Positions 13,326-26,863 of a stretch of 64,000 nt of DNA are shown one piece after another. A program made the position numbers and the translations under genes. The stretch comes from Dimorphilus gyrociliatus. Its lineage: Eukaryota > Animalia > Annelida. Location of the stretch: the NCBI GenBank assembly GCA_904063045.1, contig CAJFCJ010000034.1:133649-197648 (forward strand). The letters run 5' to 3'. Each line of letters opens with the position of its first letter. The first letter of the stretch is position 1. Below the pieces are notes generated by a model. It was given only the letters and a program-made list of their open reading frames with translations. It was not told where the DNA came from and ran no database searches.

Positions 13326-15174
13326 TTATAGTATCTTGAATAGCAAAATAACCATTACCTAATTTATTAAGATGCAAAAATGGTCAATGTATTGGATTTG
13401 AAGATGTCTGCAATAATGAATACAATTGTCTAGACTATAGCGACGAAGACTGCATTACATATGCTGCATCAGATGGAAAAATATTGGGTTTATACATAGA
13501 ATAAATTCAAATATTCTCTATTGATATGTAACATTGCAGAATGTCATCCGGAGAATCAATTCTTTTGTGATAACAAATGTATCAGTAAAAATCAAACATG
13601 CGATTCTATAATAGATTGTGAAAGTATTACAGATGAAGTCACAGATCAGTGCAAGTAGGTCAGTTTCAGTGTATTGCATAAATTTATGATATATCAAGTT
13701 CATAGGAGCAAAAATTTCGGCCCGACTACAAATAACTGTCGCGTTAAGTATAATTCCATGGGACTTATAAGAACAAAAGTGAATTTTCCCTTTCTACATT
13801 TAGAGAAATGTAGCCTAAGTCGTTGCCGTTCTGGTGAATTTTTGTGTAAAGAACATAAATTCTGTATATCAATCGAACAAGTTTGCGATGGTGTAAATCA
13901 TTGCTGGAACAATGAAGATGAAATTGAATGTGGTAAACGTTCATTTCAATTCACACTTCATTTCTCTTCATTCAATCTCTTCTCCTTTTTCTTATTAGAT
14001 CATTTTGCTCCCATGGGTTTTTTCAAGTGTAAAGGACACCGTCTCTTTATTCAGTCTCATAAAAGATGCGACGGAATAGTTAATTGTCCGACAAGAAGTG
14101 ACGAACTATTCTGCCTTTCCAACTATACTAATTGTCCACAATATTGCGATTATTGGCCTCTTTATCAGATCAGATGTGTAAGAAATGATGGCGTTGGATT
14201 TGTCAATTTCTCCCTCGATTCAATAGATGGTCGCCATACGCTATCAAAACAAGTTCATGCAATTAATTTCGACAATTTAATTGGTACGATAAGATCGGAC
14301 GAAATGACTAGTTTACGCGTAGAAAATGTCACAAACCGACTGGATAATATAAAAATACTATGTCGAAATCTCGCTATTATAACATTGATAAAGATAAAAA
14401 TGGCGAACATCGACCATCTTTTCGGAAATGAATCGATGAATGTTTTACAAAGTTTACATCTATCAAACTCATTGTAAAACTTTTTCTACAATATCAAACT
14501 TTAAATTGAATAACGATGCATACGTTTGGTTTATAACTGTTTTTATTCCAATTAATTCTATATTAAATCCTTTAATCTATTCGTTCGATGAATATAGAAA
14601 CTCGAAAGCTAAGAAAAAGGTTGGGAAACAGTTGAAAGGTAATTGAAACAACTATATACATGTATATAACTTTAACATATATTATAATTAATATATCTAC
14701 AATCTTATAGGAAAGCTGTACTTGATAACGCAATCTCAAAAAGTTTGAATTATATTACATAACATAATACTATTAACTAATTCATTCATTCATAATTTTT
14801 TACTTGAATTCATAGTTTTTGAATTTTTGAAGAATCAACATCAATTTAATATATGCAATCGTAATTTTCCAAATTCCTTAGTATGCTTTAAACTGGATAA
14901 AGTATTTTATACTCGTTCATATTTTATTATATGCGCAAAAGATATTTGCACTGCTATTGCATACTTTCACCAATGTCAATTTAGTATTAATGAAACTTTA
15001 ACAATTGAAGAGATATTCGTTTCTAAATGTGATAGTAGAAATCTTCCGGAATATTTTCTTAAACCAACTAAATTAATTAAATTGGATGAAAATTACGAGA
15101 AGAAAGATATTTTATCATTTGGTTTACTTATAAGATTTTCGCTTCAGAAGAAAAGCGCATTTCTTAAAGGATAA
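11065..15174 (+). pseudogene. Receptor A: GRL101-like SRCR/CTL/LDLa-LRR-7TM paralog, frameshifted and internally deleted, with kinase-like tail
   Basis: Signal exon disrupted near 11112-11137. SRCR-like FCSISGFD, CTL CHGVNTLSLYDTCYFF, several LDLa exons (13.0-14.1 kb), LRR N-cap CPQYC. A short LRR is joined out of frame to TM7 (VFIPINSILNPLIY) at about 14475; tail ORF 14827-15174. Confidence 0.65.
12948..13581 (+). repeat. 634-bp near-identical tract shared with 18357-18978 (LDLa exons plus introns)
   Basis: Direct comparison from aattgttccttat to ...gataacaaatgta. Differences are a (TA)n length change, a 2-bp indel and a few substitutions. Confidence 0.9.
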
Positions 15175-15342
15175 ATAACAATTTTATGTATTTTTCAGTT
15201 GATTAAATACAAGTATCTCTTCTATTTCTCTTTATCTTTCAATTGATTAAAAACATTATATAATTGATATTTAATACAATTACATTAAATTAGAATAAAC
15301 TAATATCTTTTCAATTGTCTATTGTCTATATGAAGAGAAGGA

Positions 15343-18300
15343 ATGACAAGTTTAATGCTCTTCCCTTTCTTCTCTTTTCTTCTTTTTCACAATTACCTTT
15401 TAGGCGAGCAAGTTAAAGAATTTACAATTAATACAACTTATACATTTAAGTATGTAATTGTTGAAGAGACTTTAGCAAGGGTGAAAGGAAAATATCAAAT
15501 ATTCGATAAACGTCTTAATAAATCTTATCCTGCTTCGTTTCCGTCTTGTTCAAGTATCGCGTATGATCGAATATGCCAGAAACTTGGATACGATAATTTA
15601 CACACAGTACCAGATATATGCAGTTTTAAGAAAAGTAGATATACTCTTCTCTTACATTATGTACACTTATCATCTTTCTTATTTAAGGTACCGATCCTCA
15701 TGCTCTAATATTCAAAAAGAAAGATTTAACTTGCTGCGATTTGTAAGTTGTAATAATTTCTGTTTAAGAATGATGAAAATGGGCATTTTCTTATCATTCA
15801 TTATATCCATAGTACAATTTCTAATAACGAAGAAAGAAAAGAATATTACGAACTTTGCTTAACTTGTTTTAGAACAGATGTTTTATGTAAAAGGACTATT
15901 GAATAATATAAAAAGAGAGTTTTTATAAAGATTTACCTTCAATTTTGATAAATATAGATCTATTTGGTTTTATATTTAAACATACTATTCTACTTTCAAT
16001 TCGTTTGCAAAAAAAAGTCTTTTAAAGGCTATATAACAAATAAAGATTTAAAGAGTGCAGTATGCTCTCAGATTCAATTCAATATTGACTTTAGAGATTA
16101 TAATGAAACGGAACTAGTTTTAAAAAATGTCTCTAACATTAAACCTCCAACTGCTAAAATTCTTATAAAGCCTCATAATTTAAAACAATTGTCTTGTTTA
16201 ATGAGCGAAATTCAAGGTAAAGAATCTTATGTTTTTTATTCTCTTTAATTTATATTTTAAATATATTGCGTAATATTTCTATTTTAGATATATTACCAAT
16301 CTTACTTAATAAATCGCAGGCTATATCATTCGTCATGGATAATACCAAAGTAAATATACCTGGAGTAATATATTCCAAAACATATGGAATTAGACCAATA
16401 CTGTATATTCAATTAACAGTCAATCTTATTGAATTGAATAGCATAAGTGAATTGTATTGTAAACATTTTCAATTGATAAGAAGCCCACTGTTGTCTTTTC
16501 GTTTTGGTTTTGAACAGGTTATCTTATATATTAATATAGATATATAGTATTTAGTATAATGTATAAGTTACGAACGATAGGCGAGCGTCGGCAGTAAAAT
16601 ATAATCGCAAAGTTAATTAACAATACAATCTTTTTAACTAATCAAAAAATGACATCTGACAAAAAGAGTTATCTTCCTCTATATGATATAGTTTTCAAGT
16701 TTATTCCCTTCTAGTTTAAACTAAAATTAGATAGAATTTAATGAGATTCTAATTCTTCAATCTCAAGTTTCACTAAAAACTACAATATAAACCCAAAGGG
16801 CAACGAACGATTCATTGATTTCACTCTGATATCTCATACCTGTATTTAATGTCTTGTACAACGAGCGATATTCTTATATACTTATATTTATAATATTTTA
16901 AAATTAGACTCCCATTTGTATTCAGTCAACAAATTATCATCATAAAGAAGTTTGAATTACATTATTGACAACTTGAATAATTTTATTCAATTCTTCATTT
17001 TCTATTCTCTAAAGAGAACCATACATAATTTTCAAAACTGCAATTCAACACTTTCATCTTGTAATATCATTGAATATCGTTATATAGAGTATTTTTACAT
17101 ATATAATATAACTTGTGAAAAAAACAATGGATTTAAAGTTTGTATAACACGTTATTTGTTTGTTAAACTATAAAGTTTTTTCATTATATATTTCTTTCTT
17201 CTACTAAAAGACTACCAATTAAGATTTTATGATATAATAACTGGAAAATACTACATAAATCAATCGGATAGTGCATTTTTAACATCTATAATAGGATACT
17301 TACAAATATTTTATATTAATAAATGGTACTCTTTTGAAAGATACATCTTCAAACAGCGACTTATGTTGCTAGTGTGTAAACATTTTGGTTTTCAATCCGG
17401 TTCATACAGAATACAGAAAACTGATATTATAATAGATTTTGTCAATGCGTTTACGATAATATGCCCGAAAAGTGCTAAATCCTTAATAGATTGTTCTTTT
17501 AAAAGAGTTAATAGGTTTGTTATTTTATAGGTAAAAAGATCATCTCTTTCATTTCATTCTGCAGAAAACTTTTTTTAAGGAATCTTGGGATGAAGAAATG
17601 CTCCAATATCCAATAAATTGTTATAAAAACCTACAAAAAGGCAGAGTTAAACTACTTTCCTCTTAACAAAACAGTTAACAATTCTATTTTTAGATTGTCA
17701 ATATCCAAATTCATTCAAAATACAAAACATATGTTATTATATGATCACTGAGGAAAAAACTTTATCAATCTTAGAACAGTACAACAACTGCCAAAAGAGG
17801 AACCTAACTCTATTTGACGATTCATTTAATCTTAATAGTTATATTCTTTATTTTTTCAAAGAGACATTAGACTTTCAAAACAAGTTTCATTCCGTTCATT
17901 CAAGTAACCAGTTTTCTTATTCGAATATTTTACCAATTATTAATATTAAACTTACTTTAAGCTATATTCAAAAGAAAGATTGGAGAAAGGGATATATTAT
18001 TATCACCATCAAACTTACCTTATGAATATCTATCTCAAATTGAAATCTTTCAGATGTCTAATCCTGAAAAAATTGCATATTATGAAAATAAATATCAGCC
18101 ATTTATCACATACAAAGAAGTCTGTTTTGTATTCACTGTTGAACGATTTAATAAATTCATAGTCACAAAACTTCCTCTGCCATGTGCATATAAGAACTCA
18201 AAAACCTTTATTTGCCAAAACCGTCCAAGTATTTACAAACAAACATTAGCTAATAGCTAAAATCTGAAAAACAGGAAAATCATTTACATCTTTCCTACTT

Positions 18301-20732
18301 TAGAAAATATCTATACATTAAATTACTATCATCATATATACTTTGACGACAATAAGAATTGTTCCTTATACTCATTTTATTGTTCTTTTGACAAGTACTG
18401 TATTAATAATATCTATGTTTGCGATGGTGAAAAAGATTGTATTTCCGGAGAAGATGAGATTGATTGTAGTTATATAACGCATTTCACTTGTATCAAATCA
18501 TTAAAGAAAATACCATATCACTTCGTTTGCGATTGTAATAAAGACTGTTCAGATGGATCGGACGAACATCTCTGCGGTAGATAACATCAATTCTTATTAA
18601 TAGCCTCTTTCTTTATCTTGACACTTTGTTTTATTAAATATTCTCTTAGAGAGAAAGCCATGCGGATTCGATAAGCGAAAGTTGGTCATTCACCTTACAT
18701 ACATATATATATATATATATCATTATAGTATCTTGAATAGCAAAATAACCGTTACCTAATTTATTAAGATGTAAAAATGGTCAACGTATTGGATTTGAAG
18801 ACGTCTGCAATAATGAATACAATTGTCTAGACTATAGCGACGAAGACTGAATTACATATGTTGCATCAGATGGAAAAATATTGGGTTTATACATAGAATA
18901 AATTCAAATATTCTCTATTGATATGTAACATTGCAGAATGTCATCCGGAGAATCAATTCTTTTGTGATAACAAATGTAATACCATAAACACACTCTGCAA
19001 CTTTCAAGCTAACTGTAAAGATAAGACTGATGAGGATCAAACTACTTGTCAAAAGAAGTATTTTACATTAGATATTTATTTTCTAGGCTAACCATTTTGA
19101 TAGCTCACAAAGTTCAGAGTTAAAATATAGTAATAATATACAGAAAAATTCAAAAGAGAGAAATTGAAAATTGTCGAGTTTCGTATAATACTAAGAACGA
19201 AATAAAAATTAACGTTCATCAACCTTACGATAACCTCAAAAACTGTAATTTACAATCTTGTCTGTATGGTGAATTTTTGTGTAAAGAACATAAATTCTGT
19301 ATATCAATCGAACAAGTTTGCGATGGTGTAAATCATTGCTAGATTGAATGAAGATGAAATTGAATGTGGTAAACGTATTGTGATTTGTATTATGGTTTCA
19401 ATTTTTCTGAAAACAGCCGTTCTTGGTTATACAGTAATAGCTGCCGAGCAATTGGAACTGTTTTGAATGTATCTTTAATTGTTTCAATAACTGTTGTGTT
19501 TTTTATTTCTTTGAAAGTATTTCTAATAGTTAGAGGGTTCAGTTCAAAGATATATTTAAGGAAAATTATCTTCGTTCTCTTCGGAATAATCTTGATTTTC
19601 ATAGTTATTTTTACCATTTTTGCATCCTTTCATTATAATGTTAGAGTTTTGTTTCTATTTTAACAATAACTAATGTTTTATAAATTTATCACTGAAGGAT
19701 AAATTTTCGCAAGACGTTCTCTGTCTGAACCTAATACTTTCTTATAAAAAGTATGAATCATGAACTATTTGATTTGCTAGTTATGCTTTTGGAATTTCAG
19801 CAATATCATTTTTTTTAAATTTATCATATGTATATCTCATTCTAAGAGGTTTTATTAGGAAAAGCAAAGACTCTATAGCTATATTCCTTAGCGATTTAAT
19901 AGAAAGATTAATTTTCCTTTTACGTTCTTCTCTATTTATAATTGTAACACTCTTTGGTAAGGATTGTTATATATGTATATACAGTATATATAGTATAGAT
20001 GATTACTGCTTTTCCAGGAAGTTTTATGACTAATTATTCACTTATTAAAATGATAATTATATCAATAAGCTCATTATATCAACCTTGGTATTTTATAGTA
20101 AATTTCTTTCAAGAATATTTAAAGAGAAGAAAAGAACTAAAAAAAATGAATAGGTAGGTTAGATATTAAATTATAATCTTTATAAAAGAAGTAAGTTTTA
20201 TATAATATAGGCTGAATTACTTGAAAAATATTGAAAAAAAACAACAAATGGGAGGTTTTTTTTTTTCTATGTTAACAAATAGTTATTGTAGTCATTTATT
20301 ATTTATTTAAACAATTCAACTATGGAAATATCAAAAATTAAAGAGATTTTTCTTTCAACATATAAATGCCAAGTTTAACAAGCTTCAATTTAATGATATA
20401 TTCTATAATAATTGCAATTATCTAAAATGTATTAAAGACTTAACGGAAGTGTTATGCGTTTGTCAAAAGATTAATTTATGTATTAATAATGACATAGGAA
20501 AAGAAACAATATTTATCAAGGTAAGAACAGCCTTCTTCTTCTTCTTCTTCTTCTTACAAGTGTTTCTCTTCTAAATATGATATTTTAATAGAAAAATCAT
20601 TGTAATAAGTATAATTACATGATTAATGTTGAAGAGTTTACTATTATAGATGAAAAGAATGAATATAGAAATATGAACGATGTAGTTAATTTTATTCAAT
20701 TGATAATAGATAATCGAAATGAAAACTGGTAA
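15343..20732 (+). pseudogene. Receptor B: GRL101-like paralog lacking LRRs and TM1-2, with kinase-like tail
   Basis: Signal MTSLMLFPFFSFLLFHNYLLG; SRCR-like ICQKLGYDNL and VCKTFGFQSG; CTL CQYPNSFKIQNICYY; LDLa exons 18.4-19.4 kb (last has frameshift/stop). Then directly ECL1/TM3 (SRSWLYSNSCRAIG), degenerate later TMs, and tail exons at about 20420-20520 and 20591-20732. Confidence 0.6.
18357..18978 (+). repeat. Second copy of the 634/622-bp LDLa tract
   Basis: Matches 12948-13581 as described there. Confidence 0.9.
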
Positions 20733-22159
20733 AACTATTTTGAATTATGTTGTAATGCTTTTATCTTATCAATTTTTTGTACTTTTATAAAGAAATAAAT
20801 ATGACTTTTAATAAGATTTTAGCTATTCTATTTGAACCTAGTTCAATCTCTAAAGTATATATTGTATAAACGAAAGTTACCAAGAGCTTGATCAGTATGC
20901 TTTCAATTTCTTGTTTCTGATAAAACAGTCGGAAATTTAAACTTTCTATCTAAATTTAGAAATATTTCTGCTATATTCAAGAATTATAATGCGTTTTTAT
21001 ATATAAACTAAAGAATATATTATGAATAGACTAAAACGTTTGATATAGATAACATTTATAACATAATAAGTATGTGACATTATGAACTTGACGCTAAGAC
21101 TTTTTGTCTTTTCAATATTCAATACAAATTGTTCGTTGTTCAAAGATTTTATAGATTAACCTGACAAAAAAAATAGTCTATTCAAGTTATAGAATATATA
21201 GCATATGTCGAAATTTGTTATAACGCTTCCTAGATGAATTGAAACGATATCTCAAGAGACTATAATTAAAAAAAAAGAGAGTTTACTTGTTGTTTTTACT
21301 TACGTTCAAGATATAATTTGTTCTATTAATAAAGTTTAGAGATTGTTATCTATGGGTTAGAATTCATTATTGGATTATAAGGAATTTAAATTTTGGCCTA
21401 GAGAGATGTATAGTTTAAATAGAAAAACTATATAAGTTATTTCTTCTAAATTGATATATCTCTCTTTCTATGATAAGATAAAGGAGACATATTCTGTTTA
21501 CACCATGAATTATGAGCAAAACACGTCATTTTTAGTTGTCTCTGTAGCTTTATTTTTCCATTTTCCCAGTCTTTTTCTCTTTGTCTGTCGGTCTGTCTTC
21601 CACTTTTTCCTTATTCTCTTATACACAGTATATATATATATATTTCTCCCCCGTGTCCTAACTGAATGACCTAGTTAAAATTGGAATGTAGAATTATGTC
21701 ACTTAAGACTAAAAAATAACATTAATAATTCCTCAGCAATAGAACTTGTTTAAATAGTGTAGTAAACATAGGCTTATCAAGCGGAAATTTCCCTGACCAA
21801 ATATAACACTAAAACCATAGAGAGCATGAAAGTCTCATATAGGCCAATCTTGTTAAAGCGCAAGATAGAGGTTTTCATTTATCGCCCAGCAGTCATACTA
21901 ATTAAATGAACATTCGATATATGATAATGTTACTTGAAATTAAATATTAAATTTACTATAAATCAATAGATTTATAGATTTCATTATTATTTGAAATGCT
22001 AAAGAAATGCATTAAATAATGAATTTATAAGAAAAATAAATCTGCTATTTTCAAGGCTACAGACGACAAATAAGCTAAAAAGGAAAGTAGGATTATAACC
22101 GTCGTATATTTGGAAGAAGGATATATTAACTTAACATATGCTTCTCTTATAAATACAAT

Positions 22160-24453
22160 TATGTTGAAACTGAGCAACTTGTGCATAAAGGTAAGGAAAT
22201 TTTAACAGTAAACAATCATAAAAATGTTCATATTTCGAAACGAATTGTTTAAATCGTTTAGAGGATATTATAATAAAATGCTTAAGCTCTTCTATCAAAC
22301 GGATATCTTACTATATATAGGCCTTTTCAAGAAAATATAAATCTTTAAAAATCTCGTAAATGACTTTAAGGCCTTATTATTAACCATACAAACAGGTTAT
22401 CTATGTTAAATGGAGGAGAATATTATCCAATTCAACTGTAGAAATTCCATGTCTTGTTGGTGAAACGCTTTTAAATTATTTCGATAAAGAAGATTGCGGA
22501 ATAAGTGAAGAGATTTTCATCTCTATTCTAAATATGGTAAAGACTTTAAAGACAATTGAAATCCATGGAAATAGACTATCGAAGAAAATTGTTGAACTTT
22601 TACATAAACATTCGATCACTACTTTAAAATTACATAATTTTAAATTTGATGTAAAAGAAGAGTATTTTCCATCCAATTGGTCGAAAAATTTAACTGAAAT
22701 CTCTCTAAACAACTGCAAATTTTCCAGTCGTTCATTTATTTTACCAAAACGAAAATCATTGAAGAGAAAAAACGATCAAATGACATCTAATGATCATTTC
22801 TATATTCTAAGGAATTGTATTAAACTTACAAGTTTAGATGTTAGCTATACAGATTTTAATGATATTCATTTGAACGATATAACATCCCAATTGCCATTAA
22901 TTCAAGTATTGAATTTACAAAGTACTCAAGTAACAAATATTCTACCTTTATTACGACTTAAGAAGTTAAAGGTTTTAAATTTTTCGGATTGTTTCCCAAT
23001 GTCTCATACTGTAGATATTCTACGTTGCCTCACCAAATTAGAATGGTTAAGATTATCCGAACCGCCAATCGACCAAGAAGGAAAAATGCTTATAAATATA
23101 TTAAGTAGTTGCTATTGGAAACATCTAGAATACTTTGATTTTTTATATTCAACATCTCTTGGAAGAAGTTCTATTGCAATCATAAAGTAAATACTTTTAT
23201 TTTGTATACTAAAATATTGAATTTATTCATAGTTTTCGCTCTCTATAGAAACTTTATAAAGGTTCATACTAAATTAAAATTTCTGGGACTTTTGGGTTTT
23301 CCACTACCAAATTCACTTCCTGAAGATTTGGGCCTGCTTGAATACATATCAGACAGATCAAAGGATATAATACCTTTTATTGTGATTGTTCAATTGATCG
23401 ATTTTGTTTTTATTTAATCTATAAGAGTATCATTGATTTTTTTATAGTTTACTGATGAGACGGCCTTTCAAGAAACCTTACCAATTTTTTTATCGGACCA
23501 TTATCCAGAGAGTTCAATTCTACTCTACGCAAGAAATTATCTAATGAAAAATGCCGCCCTAAGTCGTTCACGTTTTTCGTCATTCTTTAACACGCTAAGT
23601 CAATTAAGTAAAGAAAAATACATAGATGTAAGCCTATTAATTGTATATTATACATATTTATTTGTTAAATATTAAACATATTGCAGATTCTCCTTCAATA
23701 CTTTGAATTTATCGTTTATAGAAGATTAAATTTATCACCAAAGATTGCTTTTCCAGAAGATCAGATATTACATTTATGCTTTATAGAAATTAATAAAATA
23801 TTCAAATTAAATCTCAAACATCAATCAACTAAGGCAAAAGTTAAATTTTTCAAGTTATTCTTGGCGGTAAGAAAGCATTTATTGATAGAAAGTTATGAAA
23901 AAACACCTTTCTTTACAATACCATTCTCAAAATATCTGCTGGATTTATATGTGACATTTAAGGAAGAAATATCAGAAAAATGTGTTATTGTTTACTGTTT
24001 AATATCTGAAATGATATCAAAAAATGTTCAAGAAATATCTGAGTTATTAATTCCATTTATTTTGGACTTGAACGTTAAAACGGTAAGAAGGGAAAATACC
24101 ACATTTTTATAAATTTTGTTTTTCATGACGGCATTGTTCATACATAGTTGACTAACTTGGAAAAGTCCCGTTTAAAATTTTGGCTATCCAAATATTTTCA
24201 ATGTATTACAACTGTTAAGAATATTGAACAAGTTCAACAGATTCGAACTGTTAAAGAGATTGTTAAAGATCGTTTGGAAAATCATTTAAAAACTACTCTA
24301 GAAATTAATAAATTACGCTTAAAAAGAAAATGGTACGAATAACAATTACGTAATTAATTAACATTTTTATTATTTTTTATCATTTTTAGGCCTTTTAGCT
24401 GTCCAATTAAGAGATTAGGACCGAGCCCACCGAAAATATTAAAGCTAGTATGA
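22160..24453 (+). CDS. ZYG11/ZER1-like LRR plus helical-repeat protein (multi-exon; ends approximate)
   Basis: N-terminal MLKLSNLCIK and EIPCLVGETLL segments, LRRs (LTSLDVSYTDF, IQVLNLQSTQV, LKVLNFSDC, LEWLRLS), helical exons to about 24.3 kb. Family assignment is from recall. Confidence 0.5.
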
Positions 24454-24939
24454 TATTGATTATGATGATGATGATAAGGATGTTGTTGGGGGAATTAGTG
24501 ACAAGTTTAGTGATAATACATTGTGGAATTCAGCATCTAAGTGAAATTAATTTCGTACTAAATCTAGTATGGAATAATTATCTATAAAAAAGATTTTTTC
24601 TTTGTATAGGGCTATATTTTAATGGCAGATGTCTTATCCAATAACCATATCATATATAATGTTATATTATTTAAATGAATCAGGGAGAAATCTTTGTTTA
24701 ATGCAGACCGCCGTGTACGGTTTAATTTGCAGTTGAATATTGAATCTTTCTATTGTATATACATTTTTCGATTTAATATATATTTGTATTTGATTTGTTA
24801 AATATTCAATAAACTTTAACTTGAACACTTTTTGAATACTTTTGAATATTTTCAATTAAATGCGTAGTTTACTATGACGAATTGTACAATACTTGAAATT
24901 CGAGTTGATGATGCAATAAATGTTATTAAAAACTAACTT

Positions 24940-25013
24940 GGCTTTGTGGCTTAGTTGGTTAAAGCGCCTGTCTAGTAAACAGGAGATCGAGGGTTCGAAT
25001 CCCTCCAAAGCCT
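24940..25013 (+). tRNA. tRNA-Thr (AGT)
   Basis: GGCTTTGTGGCTTAGTTGGTTAAAGCGCCTGTCTAGTAAACAGGAGATCGAGGGTTCGAATCCCTCCAAAGCCT; arm CCTGT-CT AGT AA-ACAGG; T-run terminator. Confidence 0.96.
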
Positions 25014-25506
25014 TTTTGTTTAAATATAATAGAAATCTTTTTTTTTTTTAATTATTAAAATTTAATAGAGCATAAATGAGATACGAACCAACTAAACTAA
25101 CAGATTAAAATATTTACTGTGTATTGAATAATCGAACTCTTGAACAAGTAAACTCTTTTCTGTTACAAATATTTTATGCTTATTGCGTAATAATTCTTTT
25201 TTTATCAATATTTAAATTTATTTTACAGTTGTTAATTCCTATGTAATCATTTCGATTTAAATATCGATATAAAAGTAAATAGTAAATACAGCTATTTGAC
25301 AATATTTCTACTATGAAACAATATATATAGGTACAGTATTCCCATTAATTCGTTTGTATTTTTTCGCGTGAAACCATGCTAATGTTTAAATTCCGTTTCC
25401 TGTTTCGTCTGCTACTGTTTTGATTATGGCCGTCTGCTCTAATAGTCCCACTTTCCATAGTCTAAATAGTTAGTTTGCTATTGGGTGTCACGTAAAAGAG
25501 ATTAAA

Positions 25507-26661
25507 ATGGAATTTCCTGAGACCGAGAAGCAAAGATCTATATTTGAGAATGGACGCTTTCATAATCCATGGCCAACTTGGAAAAATATTTCGTTTCTTA
25601 AGGGAGTCAGTGTTGCTCCAAAATTTGTCTGGAATCAACTCACATCGGCTCCAATGGTTTCTAAAACAGAATTGGAAAATGAACATCCTGTTCTAAAGCC
25701 AGACGTGAAAATTTTGGAAAACCCTCCAACAGATAAAATACAATTTGTTTGGATTGGACATGCAACTTTTCTTATTCAAATGGAAGGATTGAATATTCTC
25801 ACCGATCCAGTATTTAGTCATCGAATTGGACCTGTTTCGTTCATTGGACAGGCTAGGTACAGAAAACCAGCAATGACAATAAATGAGCTACCAAAAATAG
25901 ATGCTATAGTAATTTCACACGATCATTACGATCATCTTGATTATAACTCAGTGAAAAGTTTAAACGAACGCTACGGTAATAACCTTAGATGGTTCATACC
26001 GTTAGGAAGAGGAAAATGGTTAAAAGATTGCGGTATAGAAAAAGTTACAGAGTTGGATTGGTGGGAAGAAAGCGATACAAGCTTAAAAGGAGTAAAATTT
26101 GTTTGTACTCCATGTCAACACTGGTGTAAAAGAAATTTAACAGATACCTATAAGGTAAAATACAAACCTAAAGTCTTTTACCTATTATTTCTAGTGTAAC
26201 AATTAATATACATAATTAATTTCAGGCGTTAGCGGGATCTTGGTGCATTATAGGCCAACAACAAAAGTTCTTTTTCGCTGGAGATACAGGCTATTGCGCC
26301 AGTTTTAAGCAGATAGGTTATCATTACGGTCCGTTTACACTTGCAGCTATTCCGATTGGAGCATATGAGCCTAGGTTAAATATCCATCAATTTTAAATGA
26401 AGTTTATTATATTAATTTTAATTAATTGTTCAAAATAGGCACTTTTTACAACCCCAACACGTTAATCCTGAAGAAGCCATCTCGATTTATGAAGATATCA
26501 AAGCGAAGCATTTTGTACCAATGCATTGGGGAACATTTCTCCTCTCATTCGAACCTATACTAGAACCACCTAAGAGAATTTTAGAAGAAGTTAAAAGACG
26601 AAATTTAACTGCTGACTATTTTCATTTACCAAAACTTGGTCAAGTTACCAACGTTTCATAA
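25507..26661 (+). CDS. NAPEPLD: N-acyl-phosphatidylethanolamine-hydrolysing phospholipase D (metallo-beta-lactamase fold)
   Basis: Exons 25507-26154, 26226-26374, 26439-26661. Motifs [61 protein letters not shown]. Confidence 0.93.
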
Positions 26662-26863
26662 CTTCATCTGCAATATGGTTTTTCAAATTATTAGTGTGAA
26701 ATTTTTGTTTCATTCTCAAAAGAGTTTAATTTTGAAAATGAAATCTATAATTATTGTTTTGAAAATTAATGTGGCTTATAATTACGATCTACGCTCTTAC
26801 CATCTGGCCCATTCGTATACTTAATACGTATTAAGCAGTGTAGATAAACAATACAAAATGTTC

